DNA of 64,000 nt, taken from assembly GCF_009914755.1 (NCBI RefSeq), contig NC_060938.1, one strand, 5' to 3'. Shown here piece after piece: positions 42,871 to 56,311 of the stretch (position 1 is its first letter; each line of letters begins with the position of its first letter). The position numbers and the translations under genes are program-made. Origin of the DNA: the human T2T-CHM13v2.0 reference genome, Homo sapiens. Below the pieces are notes generated by a model that was not told the DNA's origin, ran no database searches, and saw nothing but the letters and a program-made list of their open reading frames with translations.

Positions 42871-45285
42871 CATCTTCTTAACACAAAAACCGAGACCATG
42901 TCACTCCCAAGCTTGAAATATGCCCCTGACCTCTAGGAGCAGTGGAAACCCCTGACACCAACGCCCTCCACACCAGGCCCCTGCCTCTCCTGCCCCGTTG
43001 CCTACCCACCCTGAGTTCTAGGCACAGGGACTCACTTATCCTACACACACCAGAGCTTGCAGGCATGACATGCCGCCTGACGCTGCCTGGGCCTAGGTAG
43101 CCCTGCTTCTGACCCGGCTGTGGGTTCCTTGGGCCCCAGGCAGGCTGCTTCACTCACTCCTCTGTAGCTCCTTTCCCCAGTTGAACAGTGGCCATAGCCC
43201 TGTCACGGACATTAAGTGATTGACTCGTGAGCACTTGGAACACTGACCTGGGGTGTTCCGTGCTAGCTCTTAGCGTCAGCGTCATGCATCCTCCACAAGC
43301 CACTGTCTCCCTGTGTGCAGTGAGCCCAGAGCCACCCAGGCAGACACTTGTTCTCTGCTCAGTGCTGCTGCAGGGCTGGAGCAAGCGTGTTGCAGCAGTA
43401 TGCTTGTTCCAGCCCTGTATCTTGCATACTTGCTCTAGAAGTATGCGAAGTACTTGTGTGTGCCAGAGGCTTGGAGAACACGCGCCGCCTCTGAGGGCAG
43501 CCACTGTTACTACCACATCTGATGAGCAAACAGAGCCTCATAGAGGTCAAATGACTTGCCAGAGGTCCCACACAGGCTTGTGTGCAGCCCCAGCGGTCTG
43601 AACTTGCACCCCCTCCAAGCCCCAGTGCTATCCTTCTCCCTATCCCTGGCTTGCCTCTCGGGGGTGCATGTCCTGGCCTGGGGGCTTGCCCCCTTCTGAC
43701 AGAGCCTACGACTGCATGCTGCTTATCTCCGTGCCCCAGTGCCTGGCACAGAGGGGCCCACAAGTCACTGGCGAGGAATGAATGTGGAATGAGGCAGAGG
43801 TTTGGGGGTGGGAGGGGGGGCAGGAGAGCTGGGAGCAGAGCAGTGCACTTCATGGCCATGCAGGGACAGAGTGGCTAGAAGAGGGTGCCGGCCCTTGGAG
43901 CAGCCCTGGAGGACTGCAGCTGCTTCCTGGAGCTGCTTCTAGTACTCTGGCCATGGGCCACCTAGCCGCAGCTGAAGACTGAACAGGGGGTGCTGATGAG
44001 GGTGGCTCCTGAGTGAGAGGCGTTAGCCAGCACTGACCATCAGATCCTTGCCCTGGCCAGGAGGGGAAACCTAGGCAGCAGGTACCACTGCAGTGGAGGC
44101 CTCGTCCTCCCAGGCAGCTCTCCGTTCGCCCTCAGCACCCCTGCAGTCAAGGCGTCATCACCATCCACACTTGCGCCAAAGTGGAGCTTATGGCCAAAAG
44201 CCACAGGGGGACTTGACAGGGCTGGAGGGGACTGCGGCTAGAAGCCAGCACAGGCTCCATCCCTCCAATCCAGGCACCTCACCCTGCAATCAGGACAAAC
44301 TAGTCCTGGCCCAGGCAGGACTGTTAGATATGCCAGGACCAGGCAGGGGCAAGCGGCATCTAGGCAAATACTCCTCCTTCTGAGTTAGGAGACCAGCTTC
44401 CCGTCCACACCCACCACCTTCTCCCTCCTCACTGCCCCCTGTCCTCCTACAAGGCACCAGGCTTTTCTGGAGCACAGCACCTTCTGAGGTGGCCCAGGCC
44501 TCTGTATTCCCTTGTGAACCTTCTGCCTCCTGGGTGCTGTCAGAGCCTCATCTCCGTTCCCAGGCAAAGTGAGGGGCTGGAGAACTAGGTGTGGCCTTAG
44601 TGTTCTGCGCCTGCCAGCTGGTCACCCAGGGCCGCTCACCTGGTCCTTGTGGGAGGCAGCCCTTCCTCCATACCTCGTTGCTGCCACTAAACTTGGGAGT
44701 GTCCTGGAGCCAGGGCCAGGCCCAGGCCTGGGTTTCTTGCCATACCCCCTGAGGGCACCAGGACAGGTCCCAGAAAGGGGCTGCGCCATGAGGGGGCCTG
44801 CAGTAGGTGCAGAGAGTAACAACCCAGCATGCGCAGAGCAAGGGCCTGTGGAGTGGGTCCCCAAGGGTAACTTGGTGCTGGCAGATGCTTAACAGCCGGC
44901 TGTGGGCGTGCGGGAGGCCTGATGTGTGTTGTCAGCCGATTGCTGTGGTGTCAGTATTCAATATTATCATGACTGAGTCAAGCTGCCCTCATGAGGTCAC
45001 TGAGTAGGGAGTTGGAAAAGATGCAAAATCACACACGCCCTTGTCGTATCGTCTTTCCACCATGCACACACACACAATGCAGCTCAGCCACCAGGGCCCG
45101 GCAGGGCCAGGGTGGAGATGTGCACGGTGCATGTGGCTGTGTGTTGGGGGCAGGGGCGGGAGGTTCTGCGGCTGGACTAGAGATGAGGTTGGTGGGCGCA
45201 GTGGGTTGAGAGGGGGACGCACAGTTGCCAATCACAGCACTCTCGCTGTGTTTCCCTGTAAACACTCAGTCTTCCCCCTCTGTAG

Positions 45286-45370
45286 GTTCAAAGAACGCGT
45301 ACTGCAGACCCCAAATGACCTTCTGGCTGCTGGCTTTGAGGAGCACAAGTTCAGAAACTTCTTCAATGCT
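45286..45370 (+). CDS. OTUB2: OTUB2 exon 4: FKERVLQTPNDLLAAGFEEHKFRNFFNA
   Basis: Acceptor ccccctctgtag|G and donor GCT|gtgagt; 85 nt, phase 2 to 0. Confidence 0.96.
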
Positions 45371-45900
45371 GTGAGTTCACCTGGTCCCTCCTTCCACACT
45401 GGCAGAGCAGACAGGAGTGGGCACTGGCTGGAGCCCCTACACAGCCCACAGCTCTGCTCCTCCTGGCTGGGGAAGGACAGAGGGTTCCTTCCTGCTTGTG
45501 GGGGTGTGTGGGCACAGGGAGCCCTCACCCTATTCCCTCACCCTATTCCATCTCCACCTCATGCCTCCCTATCCAATTAGTGAAGGGGCGGGATCGAGGA
45601 CTCTCAGACGCTTGCCACTCTGAGTGTGCACGTGAGAATCCAAACCCAGGTAGTCATGGTGGGGAGACCCAACTGCCGCTCCCAAACATGCCTCTGGACT
45701 AGTGTACAAACTGCAAAGTCTTGCTAACCCTGGGTTACTTAGCTTAGGCAGAATCTCAGACTGATTTTCTAACTCAACCTGAGAATCTACAAATGAAAAT
45801 GCACGTGAGGGCTTCACGCGAAGGGAGGGAGCGGAGGGAGAATGCAGAGGGAGGGCTGGGGCTTGCTTGGCCTCCCTAGCTGAGGGCCGGGCGGGCGCAG

Positions 45901-46095
45901 TTTTACAGTGTGGTGGAACTGGTAGAGAAGGATGGCTCAGTGTCCAGCCTGCTGAAGGTGTTCAACGACCAGAGTGCCTCGGACCACATCGTGCAGTTCC
46001 TGCGCCTGCTCACGTCGGCCTTCATCAGGAACCGAGCAGACTTCTTCCGGCACTTCATTGATGAGGAGATGGACATCAAAGACTTCTGCACTCAC
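45901..46095 (+). CDS. OTUB2: OTUB2 exon 5: FYSVVELVEKDGS...IKDFCTH
   Basis: Acceptor gcgcag|TTT and donor CAC|gtaggt; 195 nt. Confidence 0.95.
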
Positions 46096-46334
46096 GTAGG
46101 TGCTTGGGGTCTCAGCCCCAGCCCTGGGCTCTGCTCCTGTGGCCCTGTCCTGCAGACTTCAGCACCCATCCGTAGCCAAGGGACTCGGGTGTCACGACTG
46201 CCCTTGCAATTCAAACAGAGCTAGGTCAGCAAGCTGCAGACAGGTCCCACCTGAGCTGCCTGAGCTGTGTGGCCTGAGGCAAGTCACTTCCCCTCTCTGG
46301 AGATTTCCCATCTGAAAAATAAGGGATTTGGACT

Positions 46335-46655
46335 GGCCTGTTTACAAAACCACAGTCATAGTCCAAGAGTCACATTTGCTTGACGTGTTTATGATGCATG
46401 GTATTTACCAGAAAGAGTTGCCGATATTTAAAAATTAGGCACTTTTCATATGAATATTTGGATTTCTGCTGGAAAGTAAGAAGTACAGCCCCCAGGTCCT
46501 TGCTCTTGCAGGGCAGTCTCAGCAGGCACTAAGCAGCAGCTGCCCTCTCTATGTAGGACATACGCCTGCTTGCCACCGCCTCTGCTTCTTCCATCGTCTC
46601 TGCAGCACCCGGACTCGCACCCTCACTCACCAGCCTAGCCTCTGTAAACACTTAA
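46335..46655. mobile_element. MER102-like hAT remnant
   Basis: ttgccgatatttaaaaattagg..cttttcatatgaatatttggatttctg signature. Confidence 0.5.
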
Positions 46656-47030
46656 GCTTGAAAGGCACCCCTGGATGACAGGGTGCCTTTTATCTCTAAG
46701 ATTCTTTGATGCCCAACCTGAAAAATGTCTGCCCCCCGTTTCCAGATCCCTCTAAATTAGTAGCCTGCTGTCAGGTGTAACTACAAGGTCTAGAATGGAA
46801 AAGATTCAGGTTCGATTCTTGCAATTGTAGCGATTTCTAGCTATGCTGCCTCTCAATGAGGCTGTTTCCCGTGTGGCATGAGAACGTCCATACCCAACTC
46901 ATGGGATGTTGTGAAGATGACGTCCCAGCACAGAGGCTGTGACCATGACCCTGAGAGCCAGAGCTGAACTCACTTGTCCTCTGCCAGGCCTCCCTCCTAA
47001 GCTGGCTTGTTTTCATTTTGGCCCCTGCAG

Positions 47031-47237
47031 GAAGTAGAGCCCATGGCCACGGAGTGTGACCACATCCAGATCACGGCGTTGTCGCAGGCCCTGAGCATTG
47101 CCCTGCAAGTGGAGTACGTGGACGAGATGGATACCGCCCTGAACCACCACGTGTTCCCTGAGGCCGCCACCCCTTCCGTTTACCTGCTCTATAAAACATC
47201 CCACTACAACATCCTTTATGCAGCCGATAAACATTGA
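47031..47237 (+). CDS. OTUB2: OTUB2 exon 6 coding part with catalytic His224/Asn226 (SHYNILY) and stop
   Basis: Acceptor cccctgcag|GAA and TGA at 47235-47237. The joined CDS is 234 aa, ubiquitin thioesterase otubain-2. Confidence 0.97.
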   Translation, partial: EVEPMATECDHIQITALSQALSIALQVEYVDEMDTALNHHVFPEAATPSVYLLYKTSHYNILYAADKH

Positions 47238-49734
47238 TTAATTTTAGGCCATGCAGTGGAACCTGTCACCTAATGGGACTGCATTCTGAATGGAACATTC
47301 CGGCTCTTCAATTTTTTAAGCAATTTAGACTGTAGCAAGAAAATGTGCAGCCTTTTGGGCAAAGCCCCTGGGAACGAGGCCTATCCACTATGGACTATGG
47401 TAACTTGGTAGGATTTTTAGTATTTATTTTAATGGAGGGACAAATGCTTTCTAACTGGGCCCCCGACTCCGCACCCCAGTTCGCAGTGAGGCCCTGGGTG
47501 GGTCACCTGCCCTCTCTGGACTTGTTTCTTCAACTGGAGGAGGTCCCTGCCTATGCTGACATTCCATTGTAGAAAAATGGGGCCTCTGGTGTCTCTTTAC
47601 CAGGGGCAGTGCCTCTCTGCGGGGGAGGAAAAGCTCAAGGTTAGCTGTCTTAACCCAAGTGACTTACCAGGCCTACAAAAGAGTCCAGTCCAGTCACTTG
47701 TTGGACTGGGCTCTGACAGATGGCCTATTGAGGTCAACTTGAATGTGAGGGCTACGGTGTGGTTTCAAACATTCATGATGGATGTATTTTCCTACCCCTA
47801 ACTTAAGGAGAAAAAAAAAAAGACTTCCTTTTTTTGCCAAAGTCCAGAAAGGGGCCTTTAGCCTTTAGTAGGAGCTCAAATTGTTGGGGCCCCTCTACCT
47901 CTCTCAGGGCTAGAACTGCCTGACTCTTGGTGGACGAGCCCTTCAGGGTTCTGCTTTCAGCCCCACCTGGACAGAGGCTTACAAGACTAGGGTCTGGACC
48001 AGAATCTGTGTATTTCTGTCTGGGACCAGGAAGCCGCAGCTGTCCCATCATCCCCAGCAAATCCTAGAAGTGGAGTCTGGATACTTCAAGGATAGAAGTG
48101 TTGGCACGCACAGCCATGGACCCAGCTGAGCAGAGCAGACGCTTTGCAGGCTGCCCCTGGCTTCTTCCTCCCTTTCCCGCTTCTGCTCTCTTTATGGACT
48201 GGTCAGAGGGTAGGTGGGAAAGAACAGACAAGCCATGGGAAGTTGGCAGTGGGGAGATTTCCACTGTGGAAACCGCCTGGGAATTCCGGCCAGCAGCTTC
48301 CTCCTTCAGCCACCTGGCCATACCCCTTAAATAAGCCCCTCACCTTGCTGCCTCAGGACCTTCAAGATTCCATCTGTGGGCTGGCCGGCAAGATGGCACC
48401 AGTGGGGACCCACACCCTGGCTGGGCAGAGGTGCTGCTAGCAACCTCTCTTCCTCTATAAGAGGAAATGGAAAATGCAGGGTGTGGAATTGCCCTTTGGG
48501 GTCCTTCCTTAATTGAAGGCCACCTTCTCACAGGTTTCATTCTGCAGGGATTTACTGGAATCTATTGGTGCTGCTGCATGAGTCTGCTGACAACCTGACT
48601 GCACAAGGACTGGGTAGCAGACTCCTCAGAGTCCTCTTGACACAAATGTCAGATTTGTGTCACTCTTCTGCCTTCGTGAAAAGCCAATAGCACTCTCAGA
48701 TATCAGGGGATTTTAGTTCCAAGCAGGGACCCTGGTTTCCATACTGCCCTCAGCTGGAGTTTGGATCCAAAGGCTCTGGCTAAGTCATTATGTCACTTTT
48801 TCACAGGAATGTAAATTTGACTGTCACCTCTGAATTTGTTCAGTGTCCCACCATGGTCTATGAGAAGTACACTGGAAGCGTGGGGGGAACACATGACATG
48901 ATTTGTGAATATCATCATCTTTGCCAGACAAGTCTCCAGGGGATCCCTGTTTCCCAACTGAAAGGTGTGAACGGACACACACACAGCCTGGATGACGCCT
49001 TGGCTGTTCTAAGGGGCTGTAAGGTGGGCTCTGGGCCTTCCAGCTAGGCTCTCAAGCACAGCAGAAGCCTCACTGGGCTGCTATGTCTCTGTATTTGTGG
49101 CTTGTGTGGTAGCCTCAGAAGCAGAGCTGTTTGGCAGACTGGCTGGAGAAATTCCCTCTAGGAGACTTGCCTGTGCTGTGCTTCCAGGTCACAGAGCCCC
49201 CCGGAAACTCACAGGGGCCCTCTTCCCAGAAAAGAATCTATTCTATCACTTCAGAATCAGGACACTCAAGCTCTGGCAGAGGAAGGCCAAGTTACTTTCA
49301 TGGTCTTACCCTCTGCTTTTCCCCTTTTTGCAAAAAACCACTGGCCAAATCCGAACCATTGCCCTTGTTTCCCCCACGTTCTCTCTCAGATCTTTGTCTC
49401 GAAGGGAAAACATAGTGGATGAAAAGGTGTGGCAGGCTTTGGCACCTTGTTAAAATTTCTAGTCATCTGTGGATGTTACCTTGCTTGTCCACAGCAGCCA
49501 GTCACCCTGGCCAGTCCCACTTCCTGGATAATTCTCTACCCTCACCCCACAGAGCCATCTCTCTCCAGACCAAAAGCTGGAAGGAGAGTTGCTTTGAGAG
49601 CTTGTTTTTACAACTGCATGTTTATTATGATACTTTCTCTCCAAAGGAAACTTTTAAATCAATGGGAACAATTAGCAACAGAAAGAGCACAGTCCCTGCT
49701 TTTGACTGGGTTCCTATTTTAAGCACAAATGAGA

Positions 49735-49930
49735 GCTCTGGAGCCAGAATGCCAGGGTTCTAACTTCAGCATTCACTTACTAGCTGTATGATCTTGGCCA
49801 AGTCACTTCACCTCCCTGAGCCCCAATTCCCAAGTTTGTGAAATGGCAACAATACCTATGTGTCACTGGATTATTGGTTAAAACAGAATGAGATTCCTTG
49901 TGTGAAAATAGCTATTATACCTGACACACT
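49735..49930. mobile_element. MIR in the OTUB2 3'UTR
   Basis: ctctggagccagaatgcc.gggttc...cttactagctgt.tga.cttgg.caagtcactt.acctccctgagcc. Confidence 0.75.
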
Positions 49931-50226
49931 CATCGTATGGGCTCTGCAAAGGGATATTCCCCAACCTGTCCTTCCTGACAGGAAGCATAGGGCACTGCAG
50001 ATGGGGAAGCATGTCACCTTGGCAGTGACTCGGTGGCTTCCCAAGCAGGAGTGTCAGGGGAACCATGAGAGAGAGTCTAGGAGCAAACACATCACCACCC
50101 TGAGCAGATACAGGAGTGGGGAGGGGGCTGTAACTCAGTGAGTGGCTTCCAGGGGCCCCAGGCCCTGCTGGATGTGGGCCAAGCCCTACAGCTTCCCTAG
50201 GCAGTAAGTAAAAACATTCTCCTAGC

Positions 50227-50232
50227 ATTAAA
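50227..50232 (+). terminator. OTUB2: Probable OTUB2 poly(A) signal ATTAAA
   Basis: ATTAAA followed ~20 nt later by U/GU-rich cttttgtcctggcttc; implies a ~3 kb 3'UTR. Confidence 0.65.
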
Positions 50233-50924
50233 ATGGTTTCCATAACTACTTTTGTCCTGGCTTCTTAATACTGGGTACCTGGCATGCAGCCAAGAACTCT
50301 GCTTTTCCGTGGTGCTTATGTATTAAGTAGATTAGCTGGGGAGGGATATTCCTTGTTTAATGGCAGATCCAGGACACTCCGGAAGCTCTGCCCACCAACT
50401 TCACCTTACCAGGCGAGAGTAGCACTGCTTGGAAGGCTGCTCCTGCCTTTTAAAGCCTGTCTACGTATTAGCTCCTCCACCAAGGAAAAGAATTTGCTGT
50501 TAGATGGCTAGGGCAGGACACGGACAGTCATCAGGGGATCTATGTTTGGCTTATGGCAAGTGGCTTCACTCCCACGGCTCAGGTGCCATTAGGGGATATT
50601 AAGCCCGCTTACTAACCCCACTGACCACCACTGCATCATTTGGAAAATGGAGAGTCTCCCTGCCATTCTCTGATAGCTGTCAGTCAGGAGCTGACCTCAC
50701 AGACGGGCAATTTCCCCTCCTATTCCGGTCACTGGTGACACTGGGGGATGGGAGGCCATTCCTTGGCAACACTTCTGAGACTGAAGTAGTTTTCTGAACT
50801 TGTCCTGGGCCCAGAAGGAAGATACTAATCCCACCTCTGCTACTTGGCTGCTGTGTGGCCCTGGGCAAGTCTCAATCACTGGGTGTCTATATGCTCAAGT
50901 ACAAAAAACACTAATAAAGACTTA

Positions 50925-51253
<329 letters not shown>

Positions 51254-52249
51254 CTAATTAGATAAAAGTGCCAACCATGAGGCTGAGAGAGGCTAGCTAC
51301 TTAGATCTTGGGGTATCTTGGTCCCTTTGTGTATCCTCTTCAATTCCCTAGCACCCCTTGAACTAAACAGCTGTATTGTATTGTGCCCCGACGAATACCT
51401 GTTTGGAAGCCAGACAGCTGTGCAGAAATCATCTATGCTTCTCCCATGGTTGTGGGAGTTGTGGATACTCACCTACACTGATCCAGACAAAGCTGGGGCA
51501 GCATCAGGAAGTCCCTAGTTCCCTGAGCACATATTTATACCAGGCTGACCAAGCCTTGAGTTCCTCTTCTCCCAAGGAGCTCAGCTAAGGGAACACAGCA
51601 TGGCAAGTGCTATGAAGAGGGTAAGCACGGGACACTAAGGGAGCCCCAGGAGAAGCACTGCTTCCCCTTAGAGGCTCAGGACTAGAGGACCCATGGCAGT
51701 GCTCCAGGATGGAGAAGGCCAAAAGGCAATCCAGACCGAGGGAAAAGCCTATTCTGCACAAAGGCTCAGGACAAGAGAAGGGGTGCATGGAACCGTGGGC
51801 AGGAGCCTGCTCTGTCAAACAGGAGGGAGTGGAGACAAGGCTGGGGCTAGATCCTGAGGGCTTCACACGCCAGACCTAGCGACTGTTACTGTTGGCTCTG
51901 TGATGTGAGGGAAGCCTGAAGACAGCAACCTCATCCCTGCCCACCTCCCACGGTGGCTCAGACAATACCCAGGAGAGTGGAGAGAGCTAAGGAGCTATTA
52001 GGGTGCTGCTCTGGGTAAAGCAGGAACATGCACCTCTTGAACATTCCAGCCTCTTGCTCCATTCACACTGTCCAATCTTGGCCTGCAGCCAGAGGCCTGA
52101 CACTATTCCTGTCCTTTCAAGGGCTTAGCACTGTGCTGGCCCAGGAGAATCACTAAGTTAATAATGAAACAAACTACACCACCACCCCCATCTTCTATCT
52201 AAAAAAAAAAAAAAAAAATCAGGATGACACAATGGCTCTGACCATTGTT

Positions 52250-52255
52250 TTTAAT
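52250..52255 (-). terminator. DDX24: Probable proximal DDX24 poly(A) signal ATTAAA
   Basis: The plus-strand tttaat lies 250 nt after the DDX24 stop. A downstream U-run on the minus strand corresponds to the plus-strand A-run at 52201-52218. Confidence 0.7.
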
Positions 52256-52505
52256 TTATGAAATCAAGTTTAACACACAAGAAGCCTATAAACACTGCAA
52301 TACAGAAAAATTAAGCTGCTGCATTGAATTCTTACTCCAAAACAATGCAAATCTGCATGAGGTCTCTCCCGCTATGGGTGTGAGTGGAAGAGAGGGAGAC
52401 TTTTTTACCTGGGGTTGGTGGTGGAGTGAAACACAAGGGTGGGAGAGGTTTTGCAAATAGCCAGAGAACAGAAACCAATGTGCAGTCACTGACACACTTG
52501 ACCAG

Positions 52506-52777
52506 TTAATTTGCACTTGTACTTGGCTGTGGCTGTTCCGGCTGTGGCTCCTTCGGCTTCTTTGTCTTCTTCTTCTTCTGCTTGGAGAGACAGCTCAAAG
52601 CAGACTCGCTCTTACTTGGGGCAGACACAAGCAGGGGCGGCTTGCCAGACTGAGTGGGATACTTGGTTTTCTGGCTCTCCGTAAACAGTGGCTGGGACAG
52701 CAGGTGGCGCAGCTCCTTCTTCAGAACCTTCATCTGCTTTTGTCTCCGACGTTCTTCTTGCTGGTCAGCTTTTCCTC
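52506..52777 (-). CDS. DDX24: DDX24 last coding exon: GGKADQQEERRRQKQ...PQPSTSAN*
   Basis: Acceptor tgtgtttcaag|GA, phase 1, TAA at 52506-52508; basic C-terminal tail. Confidence 0.95.
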
Positions 52778-54312
52778 CTTGAAACACAATACAAAAACGA
52801 TCCTATTTACTATGGTTTGTAGAAACATTTTGTTTCCCTTGATGGGTAACACAGTGAAAAATGTTTTAGAACTACTTTAGGGAGGCAGGGTTCAAAAGTT
52901 CTCTGAAGAAGCTAGTGGTGGCTTGGCAGGGGCTGTAAATGGATAACGTCTAACCATTTGCAGGGGATACACAGGACCGCTCTGTCCTTTTTTACTCCAT
53001 AAAAATCCTCCAAGACTGGAATTATCTTTACAGATGAGGCAACTCAGGGTTAGAGAAGTCACCTGGCTCACATCACAGAGCCAGTCATCAGACAGAGCCC
53101 AGAACCCAAGTCTCCTGACTGAAGATCACTTTTCTTCCTATGACCCACCCACTTACTGCCCACCTGGGGTTTGGTGAGTTCACAATTACAACCCCCACCT
53201 CCCTGCCGCCCCAGGAGACACTGAATGCTTCTTTGTAGCCCAGCTCTCCTATGCCTTGCCACCAGTGCTGTGACTGCACATGGAGAAGCTGGCAGAGCCA
53301 AAAGGTTCCACCTCAGTCTGTCCTCAGGAAGGGAAGCCAGGGCCTCCACATCTTCGGCCCAAGCCCCAACCCTGAGCCACCAGAAATAGCTCACTGTCAT
53401 CAAGCCCACTGGTTTGGCTCCTGGCTTCCATGCTGAGCAGACAGCAGTTAAGTCTGCCTCTGAATTTGCTGACTTGGGCACCGAGGTGTCAACATCTCTG
53501 CTGAGCTGCATACTTGGTGGTGTGGAAGGAGCATGGAGTTCTAGATTTGGTTCTACCACTTTTTAGACCAGGAGTTTTCTCAAGCAGGGACCGGGCAGAT
53601 TCATCCCTGAAGCCTCAGCCTGTGGTCACATATAGAGTAGCAGCTCTGGAAATGCCTTGTGACAGAGCTGTTTCCCTGCACAAACTGCCTCTGCTGTGGT
53701 ATCTAGTTTCCATATGTAAAAGAAGAGTACTTCCTGCTGTGTTCATGTCATGAAAGTGGAGAAGATCAAATGAGATAATGGCATGGAAGTGCTTTGTCAG
53801 CTTGGAAGGCAGGTGTAGTAGGAACCATAATGACAAATAACTTAAAATGTAATACTTTCTATTTGCCAGGCAATGCTATAAGCACTTAACATTTTTTAAC
53901 TCAATCAGTCTTCACAACAATCCCATGAAGTAGGTAGTTGACTACTTCCATTTTATGGAGGAGAAAGCTGAGAACACAACAGAGGTTAAATAACTTGACT
54001 CAGTCACATAGTTAAGGCAATGAGCCGGCATTCTAACACAGGCAGCCTGGCCAGAGAGCCTGCTCCCTTCCTCACTGTACTCCACTGCCTGTCCATGTAA
54101 GAGGAGGCAGCTGAGGGCACAAGACAGAGACAGAGGAAACAAAGACTGACCGAGGGCAGTAGGCTCACCTGGGACCAGGGCCTGTTAGCAAAGAGGGGGA
54201 AGGACGCCTTGCTGATTTTGACAAGACCCACAGTAGTAGAGATGGTTCCAACAAAGCAAAAGTTAAAGAGAGATTTCAACTTCCTCAATTCCCATCCCGC
54301 CCAAGGGCTTAC

Positions 54313-54442
54313 CCTTATACATGTCTTCTTCCAGCTCAATCTCCAGGGCAGCTGCTGCCTGCTCAATCCAAGAGTTGTGCAGGCAAGCCTGGAAGTTCCG
54401 ATACTCAGATTTCTCAATCTGTCGAGCTAAACGGATTCGCTC
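54313..54442 (-). CDS. DDX24: DDX24 exon: ERIRLARQIEKSEYRNFQACLHNSWIEQAAAALEIELEEDMYK
   Basis: Acceptor ttacttccccccag|GAG and donor AAGG|gtaagc; 130 nt. Confidence 0.95.
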
Positions 54443-54532
54443 CTGGGGGGAAGTAACAGAAAATATTCATCTGAAATAGAGTTCAGGCCTCTGGGAAGCA
54501 AAGTCTCACTTGAGTTGTGTTTGTGTGTTTAA

Positions 54533-55168
<636 letters not shown>

Positions 55169-56311
55169 TAAAAAGCTCTTGAGATCAGTGGTGAGATGCA
55201 GTTCAGTTCCTGTTGAAATGCATTTATTGCTTCCTGATAAAAGTCCAGTGGGCAACCATTACCCGTCTGTGTGTACACATCTAAACACAACTGCCAGCTT
55301 TCCCAACAATCAACCTGAACAGCCACATCCTTTGAAAACCCTTACTGGTTTGACTGCCAACCTATAGGTAACCAAAGTGAAGTCTTTACGCAGATGCCAC
55401 AGCTTGCTTCCACAGCTGAGCTAAGATAAAACATTTCAACTCTCCCTCTAGAGGGTTTTGGGGTTACAGTGCAGTGGCAAAATGAGAAGGATCTTGTGAT
55501 GTGGGGAAAGAAACCAAGGGAAGCCTGGGTGGCTCCTAATCCTCCTTACTAATGGGAATTCTCTATGATTTCCACTTTTCCATCCTTATCTCCACCCTAT
55601 TTCCCCACACAGCTAATATTCCTTTTGAGCCAGAGAAGCCAACATTCCTTGAACTGTGCCATGGTTTTGCTCCCTCAATTCCTGGAATTCCACCTCCTCT
55701 GTACCCTTCCACATCTTTGCCAGCAGGAAGCTGGGATAGAACCTCTTCTCCTCCCAATGTAACCATATGCCCAGTAATTCCATACTGCTCCACTGTACCT
55801 GAACTTTATTCACAGCTGGCAAACCTCTGGGAAGGAGAACCCACCCCACTTTGGTCACTAATACAGTGTCCCATGGTAAGCGGCACCTACCTGGGGAATG
55901 CCTGCTGAGTTAAAACCCAAAAGACAGAATTTACTGGCACCTGCTCCAGGGATGTGCCAAACCTGTAGCATCTGCCTCAGCAGGAAACACTAACCACACT
56001 GTCTACAACCCTCTGACAGGATATCCAGACAGCCATGACCACTGCACTGTCTGGTGAGGAGGGGGGACTTCAGGGCCAGAGAAGGAAGAAATGGTTCAGG
56101 GAGAAAATGCCTCCCACCTTCAGTCACTCCCCTTTTCTCCCTTTTCCCAGGTATGTTGCTCTCAATCCTTTCTACAAGTCTCCTTGTTCAGCTGTTGGCA
56201 GAACCATTCCTTAGTTTTCAAGGGTTATGCTGCCAGAGTCCCACAGCAAGGTGCTCTGCAAGGGAGCAGCACAATCCCTTCATTAGCACTGGGGTTTTAA
56301 CTGCTTTCTAC

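Noticed and set aside
52201-52218. Genomic A-run as a possible OTUB2 3' end or retrocopy tail
   Set aside because: No adjacent retroelement body. It is more likely the U-rich downstream element of DDX24 and a source of oligo-dT internal priming artefacts.
52778-52780. AAG rather than YAG acceptors at two DDX24 exons (also 63938-63940)
   Set aside because: Uncommon but well within normal U2 acceptor variation, and both have strong U-rich tracts.
53068-53559. 163-aa minus-strand ORF in the last DDX24 intron with an internal donor-like GTGAGC
   Set aside because: No convincing in-frame acceptor or recognisable domain, and the DDX24 CDS is complete without it.
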